64,000 nucleotides of DNA from Octopus vulgaris (lineage: Eukaryota), in assembly GCA_951406725.2 (NCBI GenBank), contig OX597834.1:7626001-7690000 (forward strand), given 5' to 3'. Below, piece by piece: positions 1 to 14,184 of the stretch; positions within the stretch are counted from its first letter, which is position 1; each line of letters begins with the position of its first letter. The position numbers were made by a program, and so were the translations under genes. The notes below the pieces were generated by a model. That model searched no databases and was not told the origin of the DNA. It saw nothing but the letters and a program-made list of their open reading frames with translations.

Positions 1-210
1 TATGTGTTTATGTGTCTCTGTTTGTCCATCCACCATCGTTTGACTACCGCTGTCGGTGTTTTAATGTTCCCGTAACTTTGGGGTTCGGCAAAAGTGACCG
101 ATAGAAGAAGTACTAGGTTTACAAAGAATAAGTCCTGGGGTCGATTTGTTTGACTAAAAGGCCATGCTGGAGCATGACTGCAGTCAAAACGAATGGAACA
201 TAAAAGAATG
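1..210 (+). mobile_element. 3' half of tRNA-derived SINE family A (degenerate, cut by window edge)
   Basis: Matches the 3' half of full copies (GGTTCGGCAAAAG..GATAGAA..AAGTCCTGGGGTCGA..GCATG..GCAGTCAAA..TAAAAGA). Confidence 0.8.
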
Positions 211-241
211 ACACTCAAAAGAATATGTATGTGGACATGCA

Positions 242-303
<62 letters not shown>

Positions 304-379
304 AGACCGTTAGCTCCTACACGCATTTTTTCTTTCCTTTTTTTCTCTCCTTGTTTCTCTCCTTGTTTTTTTCTGTGTA

Positions 380-417
380 TCATTCTGTCGAAGAGCGTAG
401 GCTCGAAACGTAAAAGA
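380..417 (+). ncRNA. Minimal type-I hammerhead motif, A6U core (family H1)
   Basis: TCATT-CTGTCGA-A-GAGC gtag GCTC-GAAAC-GTA-AAAGA; same family as 19554 and 57020; the host element begins right after a (TA)n tract. Confidence 0.65.
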
Positions 418-1398
418 CATGTTCTATTTCTATTCCTGAGCGCCATACTAATACATTTGTTTGTTTGTACTCCACCTGCCTTCGTGTGTTTATTTATGCA
501 CACATGAACGCAAGTGGTTAAAAAGATTACTCCACAAATATGAGCTTCGCATTTGATCTCAATTGTAGCAGCTGAATAAATATACATTTGCTATAGGCTA
601 GTCTATTGTGTACAAATTTTTTGTAAACGAAAATTGTCTAGAAATCTGTCAGGTAAGCTGTTCTTTTAATTAAAAGCCAAGTCTTGTCACATCGTTTTCT
701 ACTCGTACTTATTTTAATGATCATTATTTGATAAACAACTGAACACACCATAAGCGAACACACCATAAATAACATTATGAATCAATGTGAGCAAGTACTA
801 AATTGCATAGAAACGAGTAAATCCATTAATCATGCATGTATATATACTTTCGTTTCAATAATGACGTGTATGGAAATGATCGTAAAATATACGTGGAAAG
901 AAAGTTGGAAATACAATGTGCATTATAACATGGTATGTTGGAGTATGTAGAAAACTCATTAGAACTTATATAGGGTTGACATTTCGGTGTATTAGTATAT
1001 GATTCAGCTAGCTTCGGAAATGCTACACTGTAAAACTATTCAGCCATTGTGTACCAACATGCACTAAGGATAACGTAATTGTTTAGTCAATGATATAGGA
1101 TTAGTTAGCTTATCTACTCATCACTATGATACAATGCTGAGGCAGATAAATGAATCGGTTTGTATATGAGGTTGAGGAACAAGTATCAAACGAGATCAGA
1201 ATTAGAAAATACTTAGTGTAGAGGAAGTGCATATTTTCTCTCATGCACTTAAATTTATTTGAAGCACATCATGCAAATTCTGTTGAGTTTTTAAACCGCA
1301 AGCATCTCTTGTATGTCCTCCCATCCATCTCAAGAAATTTACAGTTATTATTGTTCTTCATATGAGAGTGGTGGTGAAGATTGAATAGGCTGAAACTG

Positions 1399-2254
1399 CG
1401 AAGTGGTATCAAAAGGTTCCCGGACTAGTTATATTTAATAAAAATATAACCTGTTTACCCAAGTTTTAATATTATCTCCTTCGAAATGGTCACCTTGCGC
1501 GGCAATATACCGGTCCCTATGTTCCTCCTTGTTTTGGAATTCAGCCTGGAAGTCATTTTCTGTAAGCGAGTCGCTCTGGATTTCAATAACGGGGTTAAAA
1601 CGGTGACCTTTGAGCTGAAGTTTCATCTAGCGGAAGAGATGGAATCCTGCGAATAGGGCGGGTGCAGAAGCGATACCATGTTGTTTTTGGTGAGAAATTC
1701 ACGAGTGACGAGAGCACGGTGAAGAATCTAATACTTCGCGCCCCAAAGATCCGGTGACTTTTACCGAATGTTCTCTTTCAAACGTTTCAAAGCGTTGTAG
1801 TAGAATTCTCGATTGACTGTTTGGCCCTGAGGGACGAATTCTCGACACACAATGCCACATTTACAGGTCACTCATCGTCTTCCAGGGACATTTTTCTGCG
1901 CTTGAAGCGGCAATGCCAGTCGAAATATTACCTACGACCCATTGTCTCGTCGGCGTAACGCTGTAAGTTTGCCAAAGCATGCTCAATATCTCTGTAGCAG
2001 ACTTCCCAAGTTTAACGCAAAAATTTCACGTTGGATCTTTGTTTCAACTCCCTAACAATAACAAAATCGTACACTACAGCATACTCGTGATGACAAAAGC
2101 GCAAACTTCACAACTTGCGATGTATACACTGTGATGTCATTCGACACACTGCATCATGAAGTTCACCGCTAGCTCTCACTGCGCATGCAACCGTCTGCTG
2201 CCATCTGTTGGCACGCTACACAACTAGTCTGGGAACTTTTTTCATACCACCTCG
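1399..2254 (-). mobile_element. Internally deleted mariner DNA transposon relic
   Basis: About 32-bp imperfect TIRs (CGAAGTGGTATCAAAAGGTTCCCGGACTAGTT / AACTAGTCTGGGAACTTTTTTCATACCACCTCG) with TA on the right. Minus-strand pieces QRSNVKF..VKLGKSATE (HTH), LLHPPYS and RYIAAQGDHFEG are mariner transposase motifs, broken by frameshifts and stops. Confidence 0.9.
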
Positions 2255-3099
2255 TATAATTGATTCTTGATAATTCAGCTGACGAGAGATTTTCCAAATC
2301 TATTTCTTTTCCATTAAAAGTTCTCCTTGTCAATTCACATTCAATTCCACATTTATTTCTAGCATACAGAATATCCTTTTAATTCTCATCTACTGACATT
2401 TTCGCTCATTATTGGGATGATAAATCTTTTGAACTCTATATTTTTCTTTCTCCCCTGCTTTATATTGCTACGTCTGTTTTTCCTCCTGTTCATATGTATT
2501 TCTCTCACTCAATTTCTCTTCCTACCACGTCTTCTCTTTTACCCTGCCGCTCTTCATCACATCATGCATTATCTCCCCTATTTTTATAACGTCATTCGTC
2601 TCGCTCTATGTTTCTCATTAACTTTCGCATTTTTTCCTGATAAAATTCATCCACTAACAATCTGTACTAACAACCTTCCTCTTAACTTTAGACAGACTTA
2701 TTTTATAATGGCGAGTCAATATCGATGAATTCTTGACTTTTGATATTACTCCCAGTTCATCGTTATACTTGATACCAATTTAAATCAATCCTTTGACCTG
2801 CTGTCCGTGAAGATAAGGTAGTAGTGCTGCTATGGCAGAAACACGCTCTTACAGCTTAAGTCATTTAGAGCATATTTTCTTTAATGGCATGTCAACAGTG
2901 CAAAATTCCTGATTGTTGATATTAAATCCTCTTCACCTTTATGCTTGCTACGAACTGCAACCAATCTACTGGCCTGCTGGCTCTTGCAGTGATGATAATT
3001 TCATTAAACCAAAAGTTTATCTTGTATGTGATATGATATCATATTTATTCCTGTTATTATTTCTCTTATCTCGTTTTCATTTCATAAATAATCTATTAA

Positions 3100-3432
3100 T
3101 CCATCTTTCTATCAATACATGTATATACATATATATATATGTGTGTGTGTATGTATGCGTATATATCTATGTATATATATATACAAATATATATAAGTAT
3201 ATATATATATATATATCTAAGTACATATATATATGTATATATGTGTGTGTTTATGTATATTTATATACATATATTATAAATATATATTTAAACATATTTA
3301 TACATATACATATATATACATATACAAGTATTTATATATATATATATATATATATACATATGTATATATATATAAATAAATGTATAAATATACACATATA
3401 TACATAGACATATATACATATATAAATATATA

Positions 3433-3467
<35 letters not shown>

Positions 3468-3560
3468 AAATGTACAAATATACACATATATACATATACA
3501 TACATTTATTCATGCATGTGCCTATACATGCATACATACATATACAGAGTAACATAGACT
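3100..3560. repeat. Degenerate (TA)n/(CATA)n microsatellite field
   Basis: Direct reading. Similar fields occur at about 12.1, 14.0-15.0, 26.4-26.9, 44.8-45.3, 49.7 and 59.4 kb. Confidence 0.9.
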
Positions 3561-4709
3561 GTATGTGTGAGGGAGAGAATACGAGACATTCCTACATGTA
3601 TGCATTGCATATATCTATGCTTGACAGAAACACAGTAAGTGGTAAAGACTCTTAGATTGTATGGACACAGAATACTACGACGGATAATTAATTTTCTAAA
3701 AAAAAAAGGAGAAAATTATCTGCACACAATTTTATGATAGCATAAATTGGAAACATCTGGTGTCAATTATACCATTTTGTTGCAATAGTATTCTGCAGGA
3801 AACAAAAATAAAAAAATACCTGTATGTAAGCAAAATGTATAAAATTTAAACGAAGTAAACTGGCGTAATAAATGTAGATGGCAGTGCGTTATTCTCTACT
3901 CTAGTGTTAAGTTATCTTTCTGGCAAAAGCATTTGGGGAAAAAATATACTTTTTTTTCTTTTTTTTTATCCTACCAAACTAAAAATAATTTAATTACAGC
4001 ATATTTTGCAGAAATAATTTTTTTTTTTCTGAGATAGAATTTGTCATGGTAGTAAAAAAAAATAAAGAAACGGAGACACTCTATTAAAATAAAAAAAGAA
4101 ACGACTTACTCCAACAACTCCATCACCATCATCATTAATATCCTCCTCCTCATCATCATCAACATCATCATCATCATCATCATCATCCTCATCATCCTCA
4201 TCATTATCATCATCATCATCGTTGTTGTCGTTGTCATCATCATCATCATCATTGTCATCGTCGTCATTGTCATTGCCACCACCATTGGAGTGAGGACGTT
4301 TTGTTCAATTCTATAATACGTGGTTGACATGAAGATATGATATTTCGAGATGTATTTTCTTGAGAAACTATTTATTGCTCTAGACAAGATACACACAAGC
4401 TTACCTACACGTTCTCTCAAACACATCAGTCTACTACTTGTCATTGCTACTGTTGTTGTTGTTGTTGTTGCTGTTGTTGAAGCTGGTGTTCAACTTCAGA
4501 TCAGCTTCAATTCAGCAGCTCTATGAATAAAAATGTTCTCACCATCATCATCCAATCATGACACTCATAATTTATATCATCCTAATGCGAAAGACTAAAT
4601 GCACTTGTTGATCCCTAATTTTAAATAAGTTGATTTCAAGCTCCAAGAGTAGTCTCCCTTGTGTATCATGATAAATATTAGTCATCAAGTTTATCATTGC
4701 TTTTATCTT

Positions 4710-5168
4710 TTATCTTTGACTTACTTCATTCATTAGATTGCGGCCATATTAGATCACTATCTTAAAAATCTTTTAGTCAAAAGAATCGGTCCCAGTATGT
4801 TTTTTTCGTTAAGCCTTGTCCTTATTCTATTAGACCCTTTTACCAAACTGCTAAGTTACAGGGACATAAACGCACCAACACTCATTGTTAAGCAGTGCTA
4901 GAGGACAAACACAGACACAAGGACAGACACACACACACACACACACACAGCTGGATCTGATTCAATACGCACGCACACACACAACACCCACATCGATTTT
5001 CTTTCAGTTTCCATCTACCAAATTCAGTCACGAGGCTTTGATTGGCCCCAGGCTATAGTAGGACACCTGCCCAAGGTTCTATGCAGTGAAACCGAACCTG
5101 AAACAATATGTTTGTGAAGCAAGCTTCTTAACACACTGCTGCATCTCTGTCTACACAGCCATGCCTAC
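4710..5168 (-). mobile_element. SINE family A, old degenerate copy
   Basis: Diverged reverse-complement match to 6785-7187. Confidence 0.75.
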
Positions 5169-5635
5169 ACGTTTTCATGACTATGAGTTTAATTTTAATC
5201 TATTAACATTTCATAGTTCACCAGATACACAATAGTTGCATCCACTTCAGTAATATTAAATCTAAGACAGAAGTTTTACAGAAGCAAACCAAATGAGGGA
5301 GAGTAATCACTGATGACGCCTTAGATTACAGTTAATGACTCTGATAAAACAACTAATTGAATGATCAAACGATTGATGAAAGAAATGGTTAGTTAATTAG
5401 TTAAGTAGTTGAGTGACACTAATAAAAATTAGCAAAATATAAAAAAGCACTTGTGTTTTTCATTGGTAACATAAACCTCCAAAGGTCTGATAGAATCTCA
5501 GACTATATCATGGTAACGAATGAGAAGTGGAATCACTACTATGACCACCAAGTGAATGTGAGGAATGTAGGGGAGGAGAGGCATCTTAATGTGAACCCGC
5601 CATAGGGGCTGGCTGCTATAGTTGACAACAGTATA

Positions 5636-5857
5636 TATTTCTTTACTACACACAAGGGGCCACACACAGAGGGGACAAATAAGGACAGACAAACGGATTA
5701 CGTCGATCCAGTGCGTAACTGGTACTTAATTTATCGACCCCGAAAGGATGAAAGGCAAAGTCGACCTCGGCGGAATTTGAACTCAGAACGTAACGGCAGA
5801 CGAAATACAGCTACGCATTTCGCCCACCGTGGTAACGTTTCTGCCAGCTCACTGCCT
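5636..5857 (-). mobile_element. tRNA-derived SINE family B
   Basis: Reverse complement of 53162-53391; flanked by direct repeat TGACAACAGTATA (putative TSD). Confidence 0.9.
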
Positions 5858-6353
5858 CATACTGACAACAGTATAATATATGACAACATATAACAGTATA
5901 ATATATGAAGTAATTAAGGATATGATTACAAGGGTGCCATTTACACCATGTTCGGTTATTGGATTGGTTTGTTATTATTTACTCTAGTTTCACCTGTATG
6001 AGTACGTGGTTTCTACCTATGTCCCTTCCTGGGTTACTTAATTTATTGGCGTTTATATTTTGCCTTGTGTTTTCCCCCTATAATTTTCCTCCTGTCTCTA
6101 ACGGTTGTGTGTCCGTCACTGATGAAACCGAGGCAGGTTGATATCACGTGGCCCGGTGGTCTTGGAACTGGAACTGGGAGAATTTATCTCACCTACTAGC
6201 AATAAAAACGAGATTGTATTTTCCACCAGAAGAAGACAAAAGAGGTTCCCTCGTGGTGTTTACTGCAGTATAGTTTGTTCCAAAAAAGGACCCATTTTTA
6301 AGTGAGGATAAATAAATGAGATAAATAATGCTTCTTGGCATTAATAGTACCTC

Positions 6354-6742
6354 TACTCTTTTACTCTTTTACTTCTTTCAGTCATTTGACTGCGGCCATG
6401 CTGGAGCACCGCCTTTAATCGAGCAACTCGAGCCCGGGACTTATTCTTTGGAAGCCCAGTACTTATTCTATCGGTCTCTTTTGCCGAACCGCTAGGTAAC
6501 GGAGACATAAACACACCAGCATCGGTTGTCAAGCAATGCTAGGGGGACAAACACAAACATACACGCACACACATATATACATACATACGACAGGCTTCTT
6601 TCAGTTTCCGTCTACCAAAATCCACTCACAAGGCCTTGGTCGGCCCGAGGCTATAGCAGAAGACACTTGCCCAAGGTGCCACACAGTGGGATTGAACCCG
6701 GAACCATGTGGTTAGTAAACAAGCTACTTACCACACAGCCAC
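6354..6742 (-). mobile_element. SINE family A, near full length
   Basis: High identity to the other A copies; head-to-head with the next copy. Confidence 0.9.
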
Positions 6743-6746
6743 GTTG

Positions 6747-6784
<38 letters not shown>

Positions 6785-6786
<2 letters not shown>

Positions 6787-7184
6787 CGCAGGAGTGTCTG
6801 TGTGGTAAGTAGCTTGTTTACCAGCCACATGGTTCCGGGTTCTCACTGCGTGGCACCTTGGGCAACTGTCATCTACCATAGCTTCGGGCCGACCAAAGCC
6901 TTGTGAGTGGATTTGGTAGAAGGAAACTGAAAGAAGCCCGTCGTATATATGTATATATATATATGCGTGTGTGTGTTTGTGTGTCTGTGTTTGTCCCCCT
7001 AGCATTGCTTGACAAGCGATACTGTTGTGTTTATGTCCCCGTTACTTAGCGGTTCGGCAAAAGACACCGATAGAATAAGTACTGGGCTTACAAAAGAATA
7101 AGTCCCGGGGTCGAGTTGCTCGATTAAAGGCGGTGCTCCAGCATTGCCGCAGTCAAATGACTGAAACAAGTAAAAGAGTAAAGA

Positions 7185-7187
<3 letters not shown>
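6785..7187 (+). mobile_element. SINE family A, full length
   Basis: tRNA-like head GGCGCAGGAG.. with A/B-box-like motifs, internal (TA/TG) tract, 3' tail CCAGCAT..CCGCAGTCAAATGACTGAAACAAG(TAAAAGAG)n. Confidence 0.92.
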
Positions 7188-7222
<35 letters not shown>

Positions 7223-7696
7223 AAGTTCACTGGCTTATAGCATCTCCAGCGACTGTTCTGGAACTGTTTTGTTTATATATTACTCGTGGGAGAGATGAGA
7301 TGCTACTATTTCCACCAGTCAAACATTGATTGACCATTAATGATACTAAGGAAGGTCAAAAGCACATGATTTGATGCTCTCGCTGCAGGAGATGGCAAGA
7401 ATTTATCTCCATGTGAGTGATATAGACAAAAGTACATTTCGTAATAAAAAACAATATACGATATTCTTCCATGGCATTACCTCAGTGTACTTTGTCCTAA
7501 CACAACATTCATGTTTAAGTGGGGATAAATATTACACCTCAGTATTAATACTGTCTCTTAATACTGTCATTAATATAAACACTCTATATATGTTTTCTGC
7601 AGTTATGTTGTGTAGAGGTCAGCTTAGAATGCTGTCATTACTTCTATATATTGCTTCTTCCTGGTCCAGTTCTGTTTTATAGTTTAAGTTCTGATG

Positions 7697-7728
<32 letters not shown>

Positions 7729-7731
<3 letters not shown>

Positions 7732-7999
7732 ATAAAACGGTAAGATAACAAAAGAAAGAAAGAGACCTATATTATGTAAATAGAGGAAATTTATCTATAC
7801 AATATGTTACATTACTCGGTAGTCAAGATAAACTCTGAGTTTCAGATGCCGAAGTGGAAATCCAAACACCACTCTTCGGTTATCTGGCTATTTGAAAACT
7901 GGTTTTCAAATAGCCAGATAACCGAAGAGATGGTGTTGTGGATTTCCACTTCGGCATCTGAAACTCAGAGTATCTTGACTACCGAGTAATGTAACATAT

Positions 8000-8003
<4 letters not shown>
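7729..8003. mobile_element. Hairpin (inverted pLTR-like) element in (TA)n with a hammerhead motif in each arm (family H2)
   Basis: About 100-bp arms centred near 7900. AGATAA-CCGAAGA-G..CATC-T-GAAAC-TCAGA-GT(T)-TATCT at 7826-7885 (-) and 7916-7975 (+). A second copy lies at 49880-50033. Confidence 0.75.
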
Positions 8004-8059
<56 letters not shown>

Positions 8060-8115
8060 AATATTTGTGTGTGAGTGTGGGTATATAAATAGATAAATAA
8101 GTAAATATATATATA

Positions 8116-8679
<564 letters not shown>

Positions 8680-9489
8680 ATATTACAAATTTTTATTTGA
8701 TACTGGCCACTCGATATAATCAGTAACGTGATTTCATCCTGAATTCTGTTAAGAATAAATAATAAAATATATTTGCTCCTGATCGAAATAGCATGTCCTA
8801 CAGGCTATTTCAATTAAAAAAATAAGATGAATTTAAATATAAAAATTTTAATTTTATCTGGTGCATAAATACAGAAATTTGTATATGGATGTACGCCTTC
8901 GCTTTGTGTGAGTATGTATAAGTGCCTGCGATTAAGTTTCTCTTAATATTGTGCTGAAGATGGGACATAAGCTCTTTTTATTGCTTTAATCCCAAAAGTG
9001 GACCCATACACAATTTACTGTAAAATTTTATTTGGTATTTTTAATTTGTTCGCTTACAATCCGTGTTTTATAGGAGCTACTCAGTGGCGTTTTAGCGCCT
9101 TTGGCGTCTTCTTTCAGCATGTTGGAGAAGGCCCTTTCCTGATCCCATTACTATAATTATATATAATTATTAATTTAGTATATATATACATACATACATA
9201 CATACATACATACATTTATTATGATTTATCTCCTCTTCATTCAAACTCTCTTTTTATTATTCTCTCCCTTTCATTCAACGTCATTTTTTCCCAATCATTC
9301 GCCATGTTGGACCACAGAACTCAGCACGTTTTTTATCATTTGCTCTTTATTTATTTCCTTTTAATCCTTTCTGTCTAAGTGTGTCGGCTCAAAATGTAAA
9401 GGACTTTTCCATTTTTCCTGAGCGTCAACCTATTCCTCCACCTATCTTCGTCTTTGCTTTTCTTTAGTTTGAACTATATATGTATATGT

Positions 9490-9539
<50 letters not shown>

Positions 9540-9727
9540 TTAATTTATAAAAATATGGTAAAGTAAAAAAATTCACTTTACCACACACCGAACTTTTCAG
9601 AAATAGCAGCCAAAAATTTGGCTATTTCTTCAACTGCAAGTAAAAGTCTCCAGACAATGCATACTCAGAAAATAACTCATATAGGTATAAGGGAAAAACA
9701 ATGAAAGATCACATCCATATAAGATAC

Positions 9728-9787
9728 CTGAGGACAGCCTGTTTCTGGATTCGTGGGTTAAACGCAACTTTTCCTTCATCAGCTCAG
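9728..9787 (-). ncRNA. Type-I hammerhead ribozyme, canonical core
   Basis: Minus strand: CTGAG-CTGATGA-A-GGA..TCC-A-GAAAC-AGGCT-GTC/CTCAG; perfect 5-bp stem I, GUC site. Confidence 0.85.
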
Positions 9788-10288
9788 AGATTTCTTCTGA
9801 TTTAGATTTGAAAATACTAAGAGACAAACATACCCGTCCGATATCTGTAACATCGGACAAACCATGCCAGACACCCAGTACTAGCGAATCCAAAAATACA
9901 AATGAGATCTATTATTCTCCCTGTCCACCCACGTGAGTCATAGAGTAGTACATTCCTACAGAGGCAAAAACTGTAGTTCAAATTCTTGGAGAGAAAGCAT
10001 TATATTGTCAGTAAAAAAGGGTGGAATTAATTAATTGTTAATCAATTCGACCAAGCAGTATTCAGTATGTAAAAAGACCATTTACGGTATATTTGAAGTA
10101 TTAATTTATAAAAATATGGTAAAGTAAAAAAATTCACTTTACCACACACCGAACTTTTCAGAAATAGCAGCCAAAAATTTGGCTATTTCTTCAACTGCAA
10201 GTAAAAGTCTCCAGACAATGCATACTCAGAAAATAACTCATTTAGGTATAAGGGAAAAACAATGAAAGATCACATCCATATAAGATAC

Positions 10289-10348
10289 CTGAGGACAGCC
10301 TGTTTCTGGATTCGTGGGTTAAACGCCAATTTTCCTTCATCAGCTCAG
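10289..10348 (-). ncRNA. Type-I hammerhead ribozyme (array unit 2)
   Basis: Same motif 561 bp downstream. Confidence 0.85.
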
Positions 10349-10849
10349 AGATTTCTTCTGATTTAGATTTGAAAATACTAAGAGACAAACATACCCGTCC
10401 GATATCTGTAACATCGGACAAACCATGCCAGACAACCAGTACTAGCGAATCCAAAAATACAAATGAGATCTATTATTCTCCCTGTCCACCCACGTGAGTC
10501 ATAGAGTAGTACATTCCTACAGAGGCAAAAACTGTAGTTCAAATTCTTGGAGAGAAAGCATTATATTGTCAGTAAAAAAGGGTGGAATTAATTAATTGTT
10601 AATCAATTCGACCAAGCAGTATTCAGTATGTAAAAAGACCATTTACGGTATATTTGAAGTATTAATTTATAAAAATATGGTAAAGTAAAAAAATTCACTT
10701 TACCACACACCGAACTTTTCAGAAATAGCAGCCAAAAATTTGGCTATTTCTTCAACTGCAAGTAAAAGTCTCCAGACAATGCATACTCAGAAAATAACTC
10801 ACATAGGTATAAGGGAAAAACAATGAAAGATCACATCCATATAAGATAC

Positions 10850-10909
10850 CCGAGGACAGCCTGTTTCTGGATTCGTGGGTTAAACGCCACTTTTCCTTCA
10901 TCAGCTCAG
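10850..10909 (-). ncRNA. Type-I hammerhead ribozyme (array unit 3)
   Basis: Same motif; the stem I change CTCAG>CTCGG keeps pairing as U-G. Confidence 0.85.
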
Positions 10910-11017
10910 AGATTTCTTCTGATTTAGATTTGAAAATACTAAGAGTCAAACATACCCGTCCGATATCTGTAACATCGGACAAACCATGCCAGACAACCAG
11001 TACTAGCGAATCCAAAA

Positions 11018-11081
<64 letters not shown>

Positions 11082-11311
11082 GACATGGGCGATGATGTGT
11101 GGTTCTGTACGTATATGCTGCGTTCATGCCACCGCCACCACTACCATCACTTGAAAACTAGTGTCGTTTTGTTTATGTTCCTGCAACTTAGTGGCTCGGC
11201 AAAAGTGGCCAATAGAATAATTTCCACCCTTAAATAAATAAGTACTGGGGTAGATTTGTTCAGTTGAAATCATCAATTACTTGCCTCAGCTTGTATATAT
11301 GTATATATGTA

Positions 11312-11360
<49 letters not shown>

Positions 11361-12126
11361 GTGTGTGTATGTGTGTGTATGTATGTGTATATATATATAT
11401 ATATATATACATATATATCGTAAATTCTAGACTACTAACTACTAAATTTTGCTCTCCCTACTATATTCTACCTAAGTCTACTAATAAATTCTCTCATGAG
11501 TCACCGCCCATTAAGATTTTAAGATTTAATTAAGAGCCAGAAAGCTGAAAACCAATCACCCTTACCATGGAGCCAATCCTGTTTCCATAATTCAATTAAA
11601 TATTTAAAAAAACACGAAAAAAAAGTAGCAAATCTGTCAGTAAAATTTCAAGTAACAGATTTATGTTAAAAAAATACCAACACAACCAAAACTTTTTTTT
11701 TTCATATTCCATAAATATTATAAATCATTTTCCCACGAAATTTATGAAGAAAAATAATTCAGAAACTCTTAGTGCTGCGAGATATAAATCTATGTAACAC
11801 AAACCACACCGTTACTTCAGTGCTTTCCACACGGCAATACGGCAAAAATTAAATAAATCATTGGAGGCAAGGGGATGTGAAACGTAGTGTGTATGTATGG
11901 CATGGGATACGTCGTAATTTCAGCTCTCAACAAAACCAAAATATTCAGTGAATTTGTTTCAATTCCCCGTTGTAAATATCTAACTTCTGTTACCTATGGC
12001 CACAAGGGATTGCCAAGGATGTCAGCATTTCCTGTCGTAAAATATAAATAATATATAATGGTGTTGATATGTTTATATGTTTATACACATACATACGCTC
12101 ACATACATACATACATACGTACATGC

Positions 12127-12214
<88 letters not shown>

Positions 12215-12281
12215 GTATGTATGTATATGTATATGTATATGTACTTATATATATATCATTATCTACATATACAGAGAGATG

Positions 12282-12338
<57 letters not shown>

Positions 12339-12384
12339 AGAGAAAGAGAAGGACAGAGAAACTGACAATTAGATTGATAGGGAG

Positions 12385-12559
12385 GTATATAGATAGCTGG
12401 ATAGATAGGTAGATGGATAGATAGATAGATAGATAGGTAGATTAATAGATAGATAGATGAATAGATAGATAGATAGGTAGATAAATAAAAAGATAGATAG
12501 ATGGGTATATAAATAGATAGATAGATAGAGAGAGATAGAGAGAGATAGATAGACAGATG

Positions 12560-12623
<64 letters not shown>

Positions 12624-12640
12624 TAGATAGATTGACAGAT
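12385..12640 (+). repeat. (GATA)n tetranucleotide repeat
   Basis: Direct reading. Also at 16250-16470, 44960-45120 (TATC) and 49815-49880. Confidence 0.9.
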
Positions 12641-12669
12641 TAAAATAAACTTATATCAATTTGTCTCAC

Positions 12670-12860
12670 CGCGACAAGCGTGCAGAATCGTTCGTATACC
12701 GGGAATAATGGTGAGTGGCCATTCATCCGTCTTTATATTCTGAGTTAAATTCCACGGAGGTTGACTTTGTCTCCCATCCTATCGGGTTCGATATAGTAGG
12801 TACCAGTTGAGCACTGGGGATCAATGTAATTGACTTAACCCTCCCGTCAACTTGGTAAGT
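12670..12860 (+). mobile_element. SINE family B, degenerate
   Basis: TTCTGAGTT.AAATTCC..GAGGTTGACTTTG..CATCC..GTACCAGTTGAGCACTGGGG core. Confidence 0.7.
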
Positions 12861-12918
12861 TGATCTATGTAGAATTTTTCGCAGAATTTAGAGCCAACAC
12901 TGCAGGATACGATTCAAA

Positions 12919-13056
12919 TACTCTTTACTCTTTTACTTGTTTCAGTCATTTGACTGCGGCCATGCTGGAGCACAGCCTTTAATCGAGAAAATCGACTCCA
13001 GGACTTATTCTTTGTAAGCCTAGTACTTATTCTATCTGTCTCTTTGGCTGGACCGC

Positions 13057-13088
<32 letters not shown>

Positions 13089-13249
13089 TAATGAATTCAA
13101 ATTTGTGCCATCTGTATGGCACCTTGGCAAGTGTCTTCTTCAACAACCTTGGGCAGATCTAAACCTAGTGAGTGGTACAAGTCCACCAAAACTGAAAGAA
13201 ACATCTCATATATGTGAGTGTGTGTATGTGTGTGTATATATGTATATGA

Positions 13250-13306
<57 letters not shown>

Positions 13307-14015
13307 TATATATACATACATATATGTGTGTATGTGTGTTTGCATGTGTGTGCGCATGTGTGTAGGTGTGTCTTTGTGTCTGTGCTTGTCCTACACGACT
13401 ATTTGACAAACATCGTTGGTCTGTTTATATCCTCGTACCCTAGTGGTTCAGCAAAAGAGACTGATAAAGTAAGTACCAGACTACAAAATAAAAAAGTACC
13501 GGGGTCGATTCATTTGACTAAAATACTTCATGGTAGTGCTGCAGCTTGGCCAAAGTCCAATGACTGAAACAAGCAAAGAAGGAAGACGTGTTTATACTCT
13601 TATATTGATTAGATTGTTTCAGTCATTTGACTGCGGCCATGCTGGAACACTGACTTTAGTCAAACAAACCAACTCTAGGACTTGTTCTCTTTGTATGCCT
13701 AGTACATATTCTATCGGATTCTTTTGCGAAACCGTTAAGTTACGGGGTCACGAACAGACCAACATCGGTCGTCAAGCATTGGGGTGGTCAAACATAGACA
13801 CACAAACACACGCTCACACACAAAGACACACGCACACACACATATATAAATATGACGGGCTTCTTTCAATTTCCATCTATCAAATCCACTCACAAGGCGT
13901 TGTTCAGGCCAAGGCGAGAGTAGAAGACACTTACATAAGGTGGCATAGTTGGGACTGAACCCGGAACCATTTGGTTGAGAAGCAAGCTTCTTACCACAGA
14001 ACCACCCCTGCACCT
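12919..14015. mobile_element. Cluster of SINE A copies: 12919-13057 (-, 3' part), about 13095-13580 (+), about 13595-14015 (-)
   Basis: Similarity to full-length family A. Confidence 0.8.
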
Positions 14016-14033
14016 ATGGTATATATATATAGG

Positions 14034-14090
<57 letters not shown>

Positions 14091-14113
14091 GTATATATAT
14101 ATATATATGTATA

Positions 14114-14184
<71 letters not shown>

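Larger units (their letters stand above)
9537..11022 (-). mobile_element. Tandem array of a 561-bp unit (about 2.65 copies), each unit with a hammerhead; retrozyme/tandem pLTR-like (family H3)
   Basis: Units start at 9537, 10098 and 10659 and differ by only a few substitutions; (TA)n on both sides. Confidence 0.9.

Noticed and set aside
9630-11015. Three repeated 70-87-aa ORFs (MDSLVL..)
   Set aside because: By-products of the 561-bp array: TTG starts and a premature stop in one copy. The conserved feature is the RNA motif.
9537-11022. CRISPR or satellite interpretation of the tandem repeats
   Set aside because: No repeat-spacer structure, eukaryotic context, and only about 2.65 units.
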